Below, in pieces: positions 17,475-26,747 of a stretch of 64,000 bases of DNA. The notes below the pieces were generated by a model, which saw only the letters and a list, made by a program, of their open reading frames with translations, was not told the DNA's origin and did no database searches. Position 1 is the first letter of the stretch. Each line of letters starts with the position of its first letter. The stretch is taken from NCBI GenBank assembly GCA_934122395.1, contig CAKOWQ010000002.1, positions 2,595 to 66,594 on the forward strand, given 5' to 3'. Position numbers and translations under genes: made by a program. The stretch is from an uncultured Bacilli bacterium. GTDB lineage: Bacteria; Bacillota_I; Bacilli_A; RF39; UBA660.

Positions 17475-18130
17475 AAATATTCTATAACAGAATTTGAAAT
17501 AGATTTGGCTATTTTTTGCTGATATGTTTTTTGCCTTAACAAATATCTCTCGTTAGAATTGGATAGAAAACCGCACTCAATTAAAACACCTAATTTTCTA
17601 GTGTTACGATATAAATAAAGATCAGTCTTTTTTAATGATCGTTTAGTTTTGAAATCTTTCTTAAAGTTTTTCATTAATATTTCACCTAACACTTTGTTGT
17701 TAGGATTGATATTGTGATACAAAACTTCAGCACCACTCCATGATGAGTTCTTGTACCAATTCATATGGATTGATAAATACATATCAGTCTTTTTCTTTTT
17801 ATCTTCTATAAAAAGTATTCTTCGATATAAATCACCACGTTTTTTCTTCTTATCATATTTACTAGATAAATCATTATCATCTTCTCTTGTCATGTATACA
17901 ATAGCTCCTTTAGATATTAGTTCATCTTGTAATACTTTAGATAAATCTAAATTGATGTCTTTTTCGTAGATTGTTCCATACATAGTTCCAGGATCCCTAC
18001 CGCCATGTCCAGGATCTATTACTATGACTTTACCTAATAATGGTAATGATGTATCCGCCCTTACTTTTATAAGAGTAAAAATAAATATACCTACTAAAAT
18101 AATAATCAACATGAAAGTTTTTAGTTTCAA
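17444..18130 (-). CDS. cwlD: N-acetylmuramoyl-L-alanine amidase (Amidase_3), CwlD-like germination-specific amidase.
   Basis: Signal/TM 'MKLKTFMLIIILVGIFIFTLI'. 'VIDPGHGGRDPG' and 'HMNW' Zn-amidase motifs. Sits next to rpsI, as cwlD does in Bacillus. Confidence 0.75.
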   Translation of the reverse strand: MKLKTFMLIIILVGIFIFTLIKVRADTSLPLLGKVIVIDPGHGGRDPGTMYGTIYEKDINLDLSKVLQDELISKGAIVYMTREDDNDLSSKYDKKKKRGDLYRRILFIEDKKKKTDMYLSIHMNWYKNSSWSGAEVLYHNINPNNKVLGEILMKNFKKDFKTKRSLKKTDLYLYRNTRKLGVLIECGFLSNSNERYLLRQKTYQQKIAKSISNSVIEYFYTVSNVASG

Positions 18131-18271
18131 TTATATCACCTAATAAATAATATGTTTTTTATTCATTAAAAATATAAAAGTAAATAATAATATATTTAAA
18201 GTATTGCATATATTTGTTGAAACAAAAAAGCCAAAGAAAAGGAAGATAATAATATCTTCCATAAAACAATC

Positions 18272-18697
18272 TTAACGTTTTGAGAATTGTGGTGCACGTC
18301 TTGCTTTTTTCAATCCTGGTTTCTTACGTTCTTTAATTCTTGAATCTCTAGTAATAAATCCTGCTGGTTTTAATGCTTTTCTGAAACTATTTTCGCTATC
18401 GCTTGATGTAGTACTATCATATTCTAATAATGCTCTAGTAATACCTAAACGAATTGCTCCAGTTTGTCCTGAGAATCCTCCACCTTTAACTTCAACTTCT
18501 ACATCAAAGATTTCGTTAGTTTTAGTTAATTCAAGTGGTTGCATTAAATCCATAACTAAAGTTTCATAAGGTAGGTATTCGTGTACATCTTTACCATTAA
18601 CAGTAACTTTTCCTTTACCTGGAATTAATTTAACTTTAGCAATACTAGCTTTTCTTCTACCAGTACCGTAATATACGTTTTTCTTATCTTTTGCCAT
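18272..18697 (-). CDS. rpsI: 30S ribosomal protein S9.
   Basis: '[14 protein letters not shown] ... [20 protein letters not shown]'. Terminator hairpin GGAAGATATTATTATCTTCC downstream (~18225-18262). Confidence 0.9.
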   Translation of the reverse strand: MAKDKKNVYYGTGRRKASIAKVKLIPGKGKVTVNGKDVHEYLPYETLVMDLMQPLELTKTNEIFDVEVEVKGGGFSGQTGAIRLGITRALLEYDSTTSSDSENSFRKALKPAGFITRDSRIKERKKPGLKKARRAPQFSKR

Positions 18698-18710
18698 CAG
18701 TTATTCCTCC

Positions 18711-19142
18711 TTATTTAACTTCCATAATTTCTGGTTTTTGAGCAGCATGTGGATGATTTGCACCTTTGTATACGAATAATTTCTTATACATTTGTCTTCC
18801 TAATCTGTTATGAGGAAGCATTCCTTTAACAGCTCTTTCAACCATTTCTTCAGGATATTGTTCTTTCATTACTTTAGCAGTTCTTTCTCTTAATCCACCA
18901 GTATACATTGAGTGATTATAATACATCTTGTCTTCTAATTTGTTACCAGTTAAATTAGCTTTTTCTGCATTGATAATTATAACATTATCACCGCAATCGA
19001 TATGTGGAGTATAAGTTGGTTTATGTTTACCACGAAGAATATGTGCAGCTTTAGCAGCTACTCTACCTAATGATACTCCTTCTGCATCGATTACATACCA
19101 TTTACGTTCAATTGTTTCTTTCTTTTGCATATAGCTTTTCAT
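18711..19142 (-). CDS. rplM: 50S ribosomal protein L13.
   Basis: '[41 protein letters not shown]'. Confidence 0.9.
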   Translation of the reverse strand: MKSYMQKKETIERKWYVIDAEGVSLGRVAAKAAHILRGKHKPTYTPHIDCGDNVIIINAEKANLTGNKLEDKMYYNHSMYTGGLRERTAKVMKEQYPEEMVERAVKGMLPHNRLGRQMYKKLFVYKGANHPHAAQKPEIMEVK

Positions 19143-19255
19143 AATTTTTCTCCTTTACTTAAGTCCAGCTTCCCACGGCCAAACTTATGTGGGGATTTCA
19201 ATGTACCGATTAGAATTATACTAAAATCGTGCTTATTTGTCAACGAATTTCTATA
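19143..19255 (-). promoter_or_regulatory. sigma-A promoter (TTGACA-18-TATAAT, plus-strand coordinates 19215-19244) and structured L13 leader preceding rplM-rpsI.
   Basis: Minus-strand sequence TTGACAAATAAGCACGATTTTAGTATAAT, then a GC-rich leader 'CCCCACATAAGTTTGGCCGTGGGAAGCTGG' and RBS AAGGAG before the ATG. Confidence 0.55.
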
Positions 19256-19990
19256 TTATTTATAAGAAACTTCTACTAAATATAATCCTTCTGGTTTAGC
19301 TGTATAAACATACTTATTATCTTTAGTTCCATCTAATAATTCTTTAATAATATTACTTGGTAATTTACCTTTACCTATTTTGAGTAAGGTCCCAACCATA
19401 TTTCTTACTTGATATTTCATAAAGCCATTTCCTGTAAAACTAAAAACCAATGTATCTTCTTCTTTAGAAAGTGAAGCTGAATAGATAGTTCTAACATAGT
19501 TTTCTTTGATCGCTTCATTAGAGGTAAACACTTTAAAATCAAAAGTTCCTATAAAACTCTTGATTGATTCTTGCATCTTTGAAATATCAAGTTCTTTATT
19601 GTATTGATAAATGTAATTTCTCTTTATTGGATCATATTCTCCAGTATTCAAATAATATTTATATGTTTTTTCTTTTACCATAAATCTTGCATGGAAATAA
19701 TCATCAACACTTAAAGCATCTATAACATGAATATCTTCTGGTAATAAACTATTTAGTGCACATTTAAGTTTATACAAAGTAATATTAACCTCTAAATTAA
19801 AATGAGCAGTTTGTCCTAGAGCATGTACTCCCCTATCAGTTCTACCAGAAGAAAATATTCTAGTTTTAGTGTGATTATTAATATTAAATAAAGCATCTTC
19901 TAAGCAGCCCTCAACTGTTCTTTTATTAGGTTGTTTTTGATAACCATAAAAATTGGTTCCATCATATGAAAATTTAATTAAATAACGCAT
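19256..19990 (-). CDS. truA: tRNA pseudouridine(38-40) synthase.
   Basis: 'YDGTNFYGYQKQPN...RTVEG ... SGRTDRGVHALGQTAHF' TruA motifs. Conserved position upstream of rplM. Confidence 0.85.
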   Translation of the reverse strand: MRYLIKFSYDGTNFYGYQKQPNKRTVEGCLEDALFNINNHTKTRIFSSGRTDRGVHALGQTAHFNLEVNITLYKLKCALNSLLPEDIHVIDALSVDDYFHARFMVKEKTYKYYLNTGEYDPIKRNYIYQYNKELDISKMQESIKSFIGTFDFKVFTSNEAIKENYVRTIYSASLSKEEDTLVFSFTGNGFMKYQVRNMVGTLLKIGKGKLPSNIIKELLDGTKDNKYVYTAKPEGLYLVEVSYK

Positions 19991-20000
19991 ATTTCACCTT

Positions 20001-20642
20001 CTATTTATATAGTATTGTTAGTATAAATATTAAAATTGAAGCAATCATGAATGTATTATCAACGTTTCCCCATTTCATATTCAAAATACTTGTTTTCTTA
20101 TCATGAAATTTATAAAAACTTAACTTATTTCTATATGATACATCTTGTAAATCATAGTTAGTTTTGATTAAAGCTTGTTTAACTATATAATTACTGTACT
20201 TTCTTCTTGCATATTTATCAATATCATCATAAACATGCATGTTGTTATCAAATTTTTTACTTTTATAACAAGAGTCAAGATACAATTGCATTGATTTTTT
20301 ATTTCTGCTTTTATAAAAAAGCTTATCTACAATATACATTTTCTCTTTATTATTTGTCATTTCTTTGGCTATTAGATAAAGTACATATAACAATATTAAT
20401 TTCACAATGATTAATAAAAACGGATGAAGATAGTAAAACATAGATGCTACCACGAGAATTAATGATAATTGAAGTGCTTCAAAGTTTTTAAGAATAGCAG
20501 ATATTAAAATACTAAGACCTATTATTATAAAAACAATGTAAACGTTTTCAACCATAATAATAGATAACATTATTAATAGTAAACTTATAAATTTAGCATA
20601 TAAATTCAGATCTTTAAGGTTATTATATACTTTTGTATACAT
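20001..20642 (-). CDS. Polytopic membrane protein at the canonical ecfT position (highly divergent).
   Basis: Four or five hydrophobic helices. Overlaps the upstream degenerate ATPase gene by 20 nt. No EcfT ARG signature recognisable. Confidence 0.4.
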   Translation of the reverse strand: MYTKVYNNLKDLNLYAKFISLLLIMLSIIMVENVYIVFIIIGLSILISAILKNFEALQLSLILVVASMFYYLHPFLLIIVKLILLYVLYLIAKEMTNNKEKMYIVDKLFYKSRNKKSMQLYLDSCYKSKKFDNNMHVYDDIDKYARRKYSNYIVKQALIKTNYDLQDVSYRNKLSFYKFHDKKTSILNMKWGNVDNTFMIASILIFILTILYK

Positions 20643-21393
20643 CTTTCATCACATCCCTAACATCTTTTCTATAAAATAAATTTATATTCTTTTCTTTTTT
20701 AGCTTTATATGTCAAAAGAGAAAAATATGGTGTATCTATTTTTTTATTAATGAGCATTTCTACTTGTTGATATATATCATTAGTATTTCCTAATATCACT
20801 TCATTTTGGTTAATAATTGCTACTCTTTCAGTTAATTCATATAAAATATTACTATCATTACTAGTAACGATTACTAATACTCCATCATTTTTTAACTTAT
20901 TTATTAATTTCTTAATTATTTTTTTATTATTTAAATCCAACCCATTCATTATGTCTTTAAAAATTACAATTTTAGGTTTATAAATTAAGTTAGCAACTAT
21001 TTGAACAAAATACTTTTCAGTTGTTGAAAGTGTTGGTACGATTCTTCTTAAAATACTTTCATCTAATCCAACCATTAGTAGTAATTCTTCGATTCCTTGT
21101 TTTATCGTGTGACTTTTATACTCTCTTATTTTAGCATTAAAGAGTATTTCTTCTAAAACTTTAGACGTATAAAAACTTTTATCACTATCTATAATTGCAA
21201 TTAATTTTGAATTATATTTCCTATAAATACGCTCATCGATAAAGATATGACCACTTGAAATTAAAGATGGTTCTTTAATTATTTTTAGTAAATTATTAGC
21301 ATTATATATTCCATTCACATAATTGTTATCTAATTTGAAAGATATATTACTCAATTTATCTTTGTATGAAATCTTTTCAAAACTTACTTCCAT
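20623..21393 (-). CDS. ABC-ATPase-like protein with all catalytic motifs lost (ecfA'-position pseudo-ATPase).
   Basis: Vestigial signature 'LSTTEKYFVQIVANLIYKPKIVIFKDIMNGLD' aligns to LSGGQKQRVAIARAL...ILILDEP..LD. No Walker A, no Walker B Glu, no H-loop. Confidence 0.5.
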   Translation of the reverse strand: MEVSFEKISYKDKLSNISFKLDNNYVNGIYNANNLLKIIKEPSLISSGHIFIDERIYRKYNSKLIAIIDSDKSFYTSKVLEEILFNAKIREYKSHTIKQGIEELLLMVGLDESILRRIVPTLSTTEKYFVQIVANLIYKPKIVIFKDIMNGLDLNNKKIIKKLINKLKNDGVLVIVTSNDSNILYELTERVAIINQNEVILGNTNDIYQQVEMLINKKIDTPYFSLLTYKAKKEKNINLFYRKDVRDVMKDVYKSI

Positions 21394-22187
21394 AGCTTAT
21401 CCACCATCCCATCAACATCAGTAATTATCTCGTCTAGCACACCATAGAAATTAAGTTTTAATGATAAATCAATCATTGAGGGAATAATAAATCCTAATTT
21501 TGATAGCTCATTATCTTGGTGTAATACTTCATCGGGATTTCCTTCAATCTTAACATTCTTATCGCCTAAAACTATAACTTTATCAAACAGCAATATATTA
21601 TCAAGACTACTACTGGTGATGCAAAAAGTTGTGTCTTTTTTTACTTCTTGCAATATTTTGAATAATTCTTTACATTCACTTTCGTTTAATCTAGATAAAA
21701 TATTATCTAAAAATACTATTTTAGGTCTATGAATTAATGAAGTTGCAATTAATACTTTTACCTTTTCATATTCTGTTAATTCATCTATCTTTTTATTTAT
21801 ACAGTTTTCTAATCTAAATAAATTCCTTATTTCATACAACCTATTAGTTATATCTTTTTTCTTATAATTAAGGTTTTCTAGAGGAAATGCTAATTCATCT
21901 ATTACTTTCTCAAACAAGAATTTATTTTGATCATCAAAAAATACAACACCTATTGACAGCATATATTCTTTTAAGTTTTCCTTATTTAAATAAATATCAT
22001 TTACTTGTATACAATTATTACTTGGAAGTATTCCAGTAAGTAGGTAAATCAATGTTGTCTTACCACTAGAATTGGTTCCAAGAATTAAGTTTATTGTTCC
22101 TTTTTTTATCGAAAAATGTAGATTATTAAAAATTTGTTTATTTTCGTAAGAAAAATTTAAGTCATTAACTTGTAACAAATCTTCCAT
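21384..22187 (-). CDS. EcfA-like ABC ATPase with intact Walker A but degenerate signature, Walker B and H-loop.
   Basis: Walker A 'GTNSSGKTT'. 'ELTEYEKVKVLIATSL' replaces LSGGQ. 'KIVFLDNILSRLN' has Asp but no catalytic Glu. Confidence 0.55.
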   Translation of the reverse strand: MEDLLQVNDLNFSYENKQIFNNLHFSIKKGTINLILGTNSSGKTTLIYLLTGILPSNNCIQVNDIYLNKENLKEYMLSIGVVFFDDQNKFLFEKVIDELAFPLENLNYKKKDITNRLYEIRNLFRLENCINKKIDELTEYEKVKVLIATSLIHRPKIVFLDNILSRLNESECKELFKILQEVKKDTTFCITSSSLDNILLFDKVIVLGDKNVKIEGNPDEVLHQDNELSKLGFIIPSMIDLSLKLNFYGVLDEIITDVDGMVDKLWK

Positions 22188-22244
22188 AAACCCACCTCAT
22201 TTTTTACTTTTTATTATACAACAAAAACATCAATAAAAAAATAC

Positions 22245-23552
22245 CTAAAAAGGCATTTTCATATTTCCATTTGAGAATTGTTTCATCATTTTTTTCATTC
22301 GATCAAATTGTGTTAAAAGTTTGTTAACTTCTTGAACAGATAATCCGCACCCTTTAGCAATTCTTGTTTTTCTACTGGCTTTTATAATATCTGGATTTTT
22401 TCTTTCTTTTGGAGTCATTGAAAGTATTATTGCTTCAATGTGAGCCATCTGTTTTGGATCAATTTTTATGTTATTAAGTCCAAGTTTTGATGCACCTGGA
22501 ATTAATTTTAATAAGTTCTCTAGAGGACCTAATTTTTTAATTTGTTTCATTTGAGATAAAAAATCTTCTAAATCAAATTTACCACTCTGCATTTTCTTAG
22601 CTGCTTTTTCAGCTTCTTTTTCGTCAATTGCTTCCTGAGCTTTTTCAACTAAAGAAATTATATCTCCCATTCCTAGAATTCTTCCTGCCATTCGTTCAGG
22701 ATCAAAGTAATCTAGTCCATCCATCTTTTCACTAACACCAATAAATTTAATTGGAACATTAGTTAAATGTCTTACAGATAATGCAACACCGCCTTTAGTA
22801 TCACCATCTAATTTTGTTAAAATAACACCAGTTAATGGTAATGCATTATTGAATCCTTCTATTACATTAATTGCATCTTGTCCCATCATAGAATCTATTA
22901 CTAATAATATTTCTTGAGGATTTACACTATTTTTAATGTTTTCTAATTCTTCCATTAAAGCTTCATCAATATGTAAGCGCCCTGCTGTATCAATTAATAC
23001 ATAATCATAACCATTATCCTTAGCATATTTAACAGCATTATTAGCAATTTCTATTGGGTCTTTTTTACCTTCTTCATATACCTCTATATTTAGACTTGCT
23101 CCTATTTGTTTTAATTGATCAATAGCTGCTGGTCTATAAACATCACACGCTACTAAAAGAGGTTTTTTCTTGTTCTTTTTTCTTAATAAATTTGCAAGCT
23201 TACCAATAGTAGTAGTCTTACCACTTCCTTGTAACCCTACCAACATTAAAATTGCAGGATTACCAATTACATTTAATTCTTCTTTTTCGCCACCTAATAA
23301 CTCTGTTAATTCATCTTTAACTATTTTGACGAATACGTCTCCTGGTTTTAAACTTTTTTGAACTTCTTCACCAAGAGCTTTTTCTTTTACATCATTAATA
23401 AATTCTTTAACTACTTTATAGTTAACGTCTGCTTCTAATAATGCTAGACGTATTTCTCTAGTCATTTCACTTATGTTTTCTTCAGTTATCTTTCCATAAC
23501 CTTTTATTTTTGAAACTACATTTTGTAGTCTTTCCCCTAAACTTTCAAACAT
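22245..23552 (-). CDS. ffh: Signal recognition particle protein Ffh.
   Basis: 'LVGLQGSGKTTTIGKLA', 'DTAGRL', M-domain 'MTPKERKNPDII...'. Confidence 0.9.
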   Translation of the reverse strand: MFESLGERLQNVVSKIKGYGKITEENISEMTREIRLALLEADVNYKVVKEFINDVKEKALGEEVQKSLKPGDVFVKIVKDELTELLGGEKEELNVIGNPAILMLVGLQGSGKTTTIGKLANLLRKKNKKKPLLVACDVYRPAAIDQLKQIGASLNIEVYEEGKKDPIEIANNAVKYAKDNGYDYVLIDTAGRLHIDEALMEELENIKNSVNPQEILLVIDSMMGQDAINVIEGFNNALPLTGVILTKLDGDTKGGVALSVRHLTNVPIKFIGVSEKMDGLDYFDPERMAGRILGMGDIISLVEKAQEAIDEKEAEKAAKKMQSGKFDLEDFLSQMKQIKKLGPLENLLKLIPGASKLGLNNIKIDPKQMAHIEAIILSMTPKERKNPDIIKASRKTRIAKGCGLSVQEVNKLLTQFDRMKKMMKQFSNGNMKMPF

Positions 23553-23570
23553 TTTATCACCATGCTTTCT

Positions 23571-25328
23571 TTATTGTTGAGTCCAGTATTTTACAACATC
23601 ACTATTAGTACTTAAAGGCATAGGATCAGGCATTTCTAATTTTGCAATTACAGGAATTTTAAATGCTGTACCAAAACCTAAACATGTACCAGATTGTAAT
23701 CCTTTTTGTTTTTCTACTATTTCAGTATTAATATTAGGTATCATATTTTTAATATATTCTACATCTAAAGGATGATTAGTTTTGAAAATTATAAAGTTTG
23801 AACATTGAGATATAACAGTATCAGATAATTCAACTGGTCTTTGAGATATGACTCCTAACATTACACCATATTTTCTTCCTTCTTTAGCTACTCTATTAAA
23901 TATATTATAGCCATATAGGAAGTCATCATTATCATTGTTTCTTATATATCTATGCGCTTCTTCTACTAAAATATTAAATGGTACTGAGCCTCTATTTGGA
24001 ATTCTTTTAGCATAATCAAATATTATCCTTGTGAATATCTTTGTAATTACTGCTCCCATAGAATCGTCCATATCCTCTAAATTAATATTTACTATTTGAC
24101 ATTTTCTACCATTTGGTGCAAAGAGATAATTCATGTATTGATTTATGTCAATGTATTCTGGAAAAGTGAAGATATCACTATGAGGTCCAGTTAACAATGA
24201 ATGTAATCTTACTCTTATTGTCATTGCATCTGCATAAGTTTGTTTATTTTTAAACCATCCATCAGAGATAAGTGTAAATTCTAATGCTTTTTCAAAGTCA
24301 TTAAGTGTAAAATATGAATTACTACTTGGTTCATAACTGTCAAATTTACTATCAATAAATTTTGATACATATTCAGTAATTAAAATACCTTCAGTAAATG
24401 TACCCGTCTTATCAATATTAAAACAATCTCTAAATAATCTCGTATAACCAATTCCTTGTATTTCAGTATTAAGGCTAAATTGATCGGTAGTACATGATTC
24501 AACTATTTTAAATATATCATTTTTCTTATTTGCTGGTGTTGAATCACTGAATAACACTCCCATAATAGCTTTAGCTATAATATGATTCTTATAATTAATT
24601 GCATTTTCACCAACTTCTGCAAAAGATCTAGCAAGTTTCAATGTTTTTTCGATCATAGGAATTTGAGAATGTGAATTAGCCATTAAAAGAGATGATATAT
24701 CAGTAACATTTAATAACCATACTGGTATTCTTAACTTCTCCATAGTATTATCGGTTGTACTAGTTGTAAAAACACGATAATTAAAATTAGGATTAATAGT
24801 ATTTAAGTTAGAAAACGCATTAATATATTCTCCTGATACATCAAACATTATAAAATTAGAACGATATGGAACTACATTCGGGTTTTTGAAAACGTTTTGA
24901 ATTATTCGTGCAAGTCCACATGATTTACCACTACCACTATTACCAAATATTGCGAAATGATTGCTAAAAAACTTATTTACATCTAAGTATATTGGATGAT
25001 CATTATAAAAGGGGCTTGTTCCTAATAAAAGAGCATTACTCTCAGTCTTTCCTAAAATTAAAGGAATTTCGTTTTCTGTTAATGGTCTTATTTCAGCATC
25101 TAATAATGGCTTTCTGATAACTCCACCATATAATTCACCATTTTTAAATTCACCTAATAATTTTATTTTAACTTTTCTATCTTTAATTTCTTCTATTTCA
25201 CCTAATAATTGTTTTTCGACATCTCCAATTACAACATGAGCATTAAGTAAATTGTTTTTAACTTCAACATCTTCTTTAAGACTAACATATATGTTAGTAT
25301 CATTCATAAATTCAATCTTATTAAACAT
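23571..25328 (-). CDS. HerA/FtsK-superfamily ATPase (DUF87-like), 585 aa.
   Basis: Walker A 'FGNSGSGKS', Walker B 'FNILVEEAHRYI', C-terminal 'VISQRPVELSDTVISQCSNFIIFK' typical of HerA/DUF87. 11-nt gap from ylxM and 18 nt to ffh. Confidence 0.65.
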   Translation of the reverse strand: MFNKIEFMNDTNIYVSLKEDVEVKNNLLNAHVVIGDVEKQLLGEIEEIKDRKVKIKLLGEFKNGELYGGVIRKPLLDAEIRPLTENEIPLILGKTESNALLLGTSPFYNDHPIYLDVNKFFSNHFAIFGNSGSGKSCGLARIIQNVFKNPNVVPYRSNFIMFDVSGEYINAFSNLNTINPNFNYRVFTTSTTDNTMEKLRIPVWLLNVTDISSLLMANSHSQIPMIEKTLKLARSFAEVGENAINYKNHIIAKAIMGVLFSDSTPANKKNDIFKIVESCTTDQFSLNTEIQGIGYTRLFRDCFNIDKTGTFTEGILITEYVSKFIDSKFDSYEPSSNSYFTLNDFEKALEFTLISDGWFKNKQTYADAMTIRVRLHSLLTGPHSDIFTFPEYIDINQYMNYLFAPNGRKCQIVNINLEDMDDSMGAVITKIFTRIIFDYAKRIPNRGSVPFNILVEEAHRYIRNNDNDDFLYGYNIFNRVAKEGRKYGVMLGVISQRPVELSDTVISQCSNFIIFKTNHPLDVEYIKNMIPNINTEIVEKQKGLQSGTCLGFGTAFKIPVIAKLEMPDPMPLSTNSDVVKYWTQQ

Positions 25329-25339
25329 ATTTATACCTC

Positions 25340-25633
25340 TTACAATAATTCTTTTATTTTTTCTAACAAATCGTCTTCTATTTTACCTTTTAAAAGTTCA
25401 GTTATCTTGTCTTTTTTTGTTACTAAGTTAAGAATAGATTCCATTTCTAGTAATCGTTCCTCAACTATTTTTAATTGATTATGAACGGCATTACGGCTTA
25501 TATTATTTGCTTCGGCTATTTCACCTAATGAATAATTACTGCAATAATAATCCTCAAAATATTCTTGCTGTTTTTGTGTTAAGAAATCTTTATAGTAGTC
25601 ATATAAAATATTTAATTTTATTCTTTTGTCCAT
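25340..25633 (-). CDS. ylxM: YlxM/UPF0122 small DNA-binding protein of the SRP operon.
   Basis: 'LYDYYKDFLTQKQQEYFEDYY..SLGEIAEANNISRNAVHNQLKIVEERL' matches YlxM HTH. Confidence 0.8.
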   Translation of the reverse strand: MDKRIKLNILYDYYKDFLTQKQQEYFEDYYCSNYSLGEIAEANNISRNAVHNQLKIVEERLLEMESILNLVTKKDKITELLKGKIEDDLLEKIKELL

Positions 25634-25642
25634 AACTTTCTC

Positions 25643-26695
25643 CTACATCATATCTTTAAATAATCCATATATATATTTTTCAATATCAAATACTTGTAAA
25701 TCATCTTTAGTCTCACCAAATCCAATATATTTAACTGGTATACCAACACTTTCTTTTATCGCTAGAACTATACCACCTTTTGCTGTACCATCTAATTTAG
25801 TTAAAACTATTCCTGTTATATTAGTTATTTCTTTAAAACTTTTTGCTTGTACAATACCATTTTGACCTGTTGTAGCATCTATTACTAATAAAGTTTCGTG
25901 TGGAGCATCAGGTATTAATTTTCCTATTACTCTGTTTATTTTTTCTAGCTCTCCCATTAGATTAACTTTGTTTTGTAGACGTCCTGCTGTATCAATTAAT
26001 ACGACATCAATATTTTCCTCTTTAGCTTTTGTAAGGCCATCAAAAATAACACTTGCAGGATCCGCTCCTTCATGAGCACCTGTAAATTCTACTCCAACCT
26101 TATTTGCCCACTCTTCTAATTGTTTAGTAGCACCTGCTCTAAACGTATCACCAGCTACTAGCATAACTGTTTTGCCTTCATGTTTCAATTTATCTGCCAT
26201 TTTAGCAATAGTAGTTGTTTTACCTACACCATTAACACCTACAAACAGTACTACTGTTGGTCCTTCCTTGGCATAATTAATTTTATTAACAATTACTTCA
26301 TCATTGACATAAATAATAAATAATTCATCCACAATTATTTCGTTCAAATACGAAACATCTTCTATATGTTCTTGTCTTACTCTTTTACGAAGCCTTTCCA
26401 TGAAATCCATCACTGTATTAACACCAATATCAGCCATTATTAGAATTTCTTCTAATTCATCAAAGTACTCTTCTGTAACTTTGTGATATTTATTTGTTAA
26501 GTTAATTAGCTTTGATACAAAGCTTTCTCTACTTTTAGTTAATCCTTTTTCATAAATCTTTACACTTTCGACTTTTTTTTCAGATTTCTTTTCTTTTTCT
26601 ACTTCTTTTTTTTGATTTGATACTGCATTTTCTTTGATTTGTTCTTTTTTTTCTTCTTGTTTGAACATATTCTTAATTTTGTTAAATATTCCCAT
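25643..26695 (-). CDS. ftsY: Signal recognition particle receptor FtsY.
   Basis: 'VGVNGVGKTTTIAK', 'DTAGRLQNK', 'TKLDGTAKGG'. Confidence 0.9.
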   Translation of the reverse strand: MGIFNKIKNMFKQEEKKEQIKENAVSNQKKEVEKEKKSEKKVESVKIYEKGLTKSRESFVSKLINLTNKYHKVTEEYFDELEEILIMADIGVNTVMDFMERLRKRVRQEHIEDVSYLNEIIVDELFIIYVNDEVIVNKINYAKEGPTVVLFVGVNGVGKTTTIAKMADKLKHEGKTVMLVAGDTFRAGATKQLEEWANKVGVEFTGAHEGADPASVIFDGLTKAKEENIDVVLIDTAGRLQNKVNLMGELEKINRVIGKLIPDAPHETLLVIDATTGQNGIVQAKSFKEITNITGIVLTKLDGTAKGGIVLAIKESVGIPVKYIGFGETKDDLQVFDIEKYIYGLFKDMM

Positions 26696-26747
26696 GTATA
26701 ATCACCATTCTCATTATATCAAAAAAAAAGAGTACAATATACCCTTT

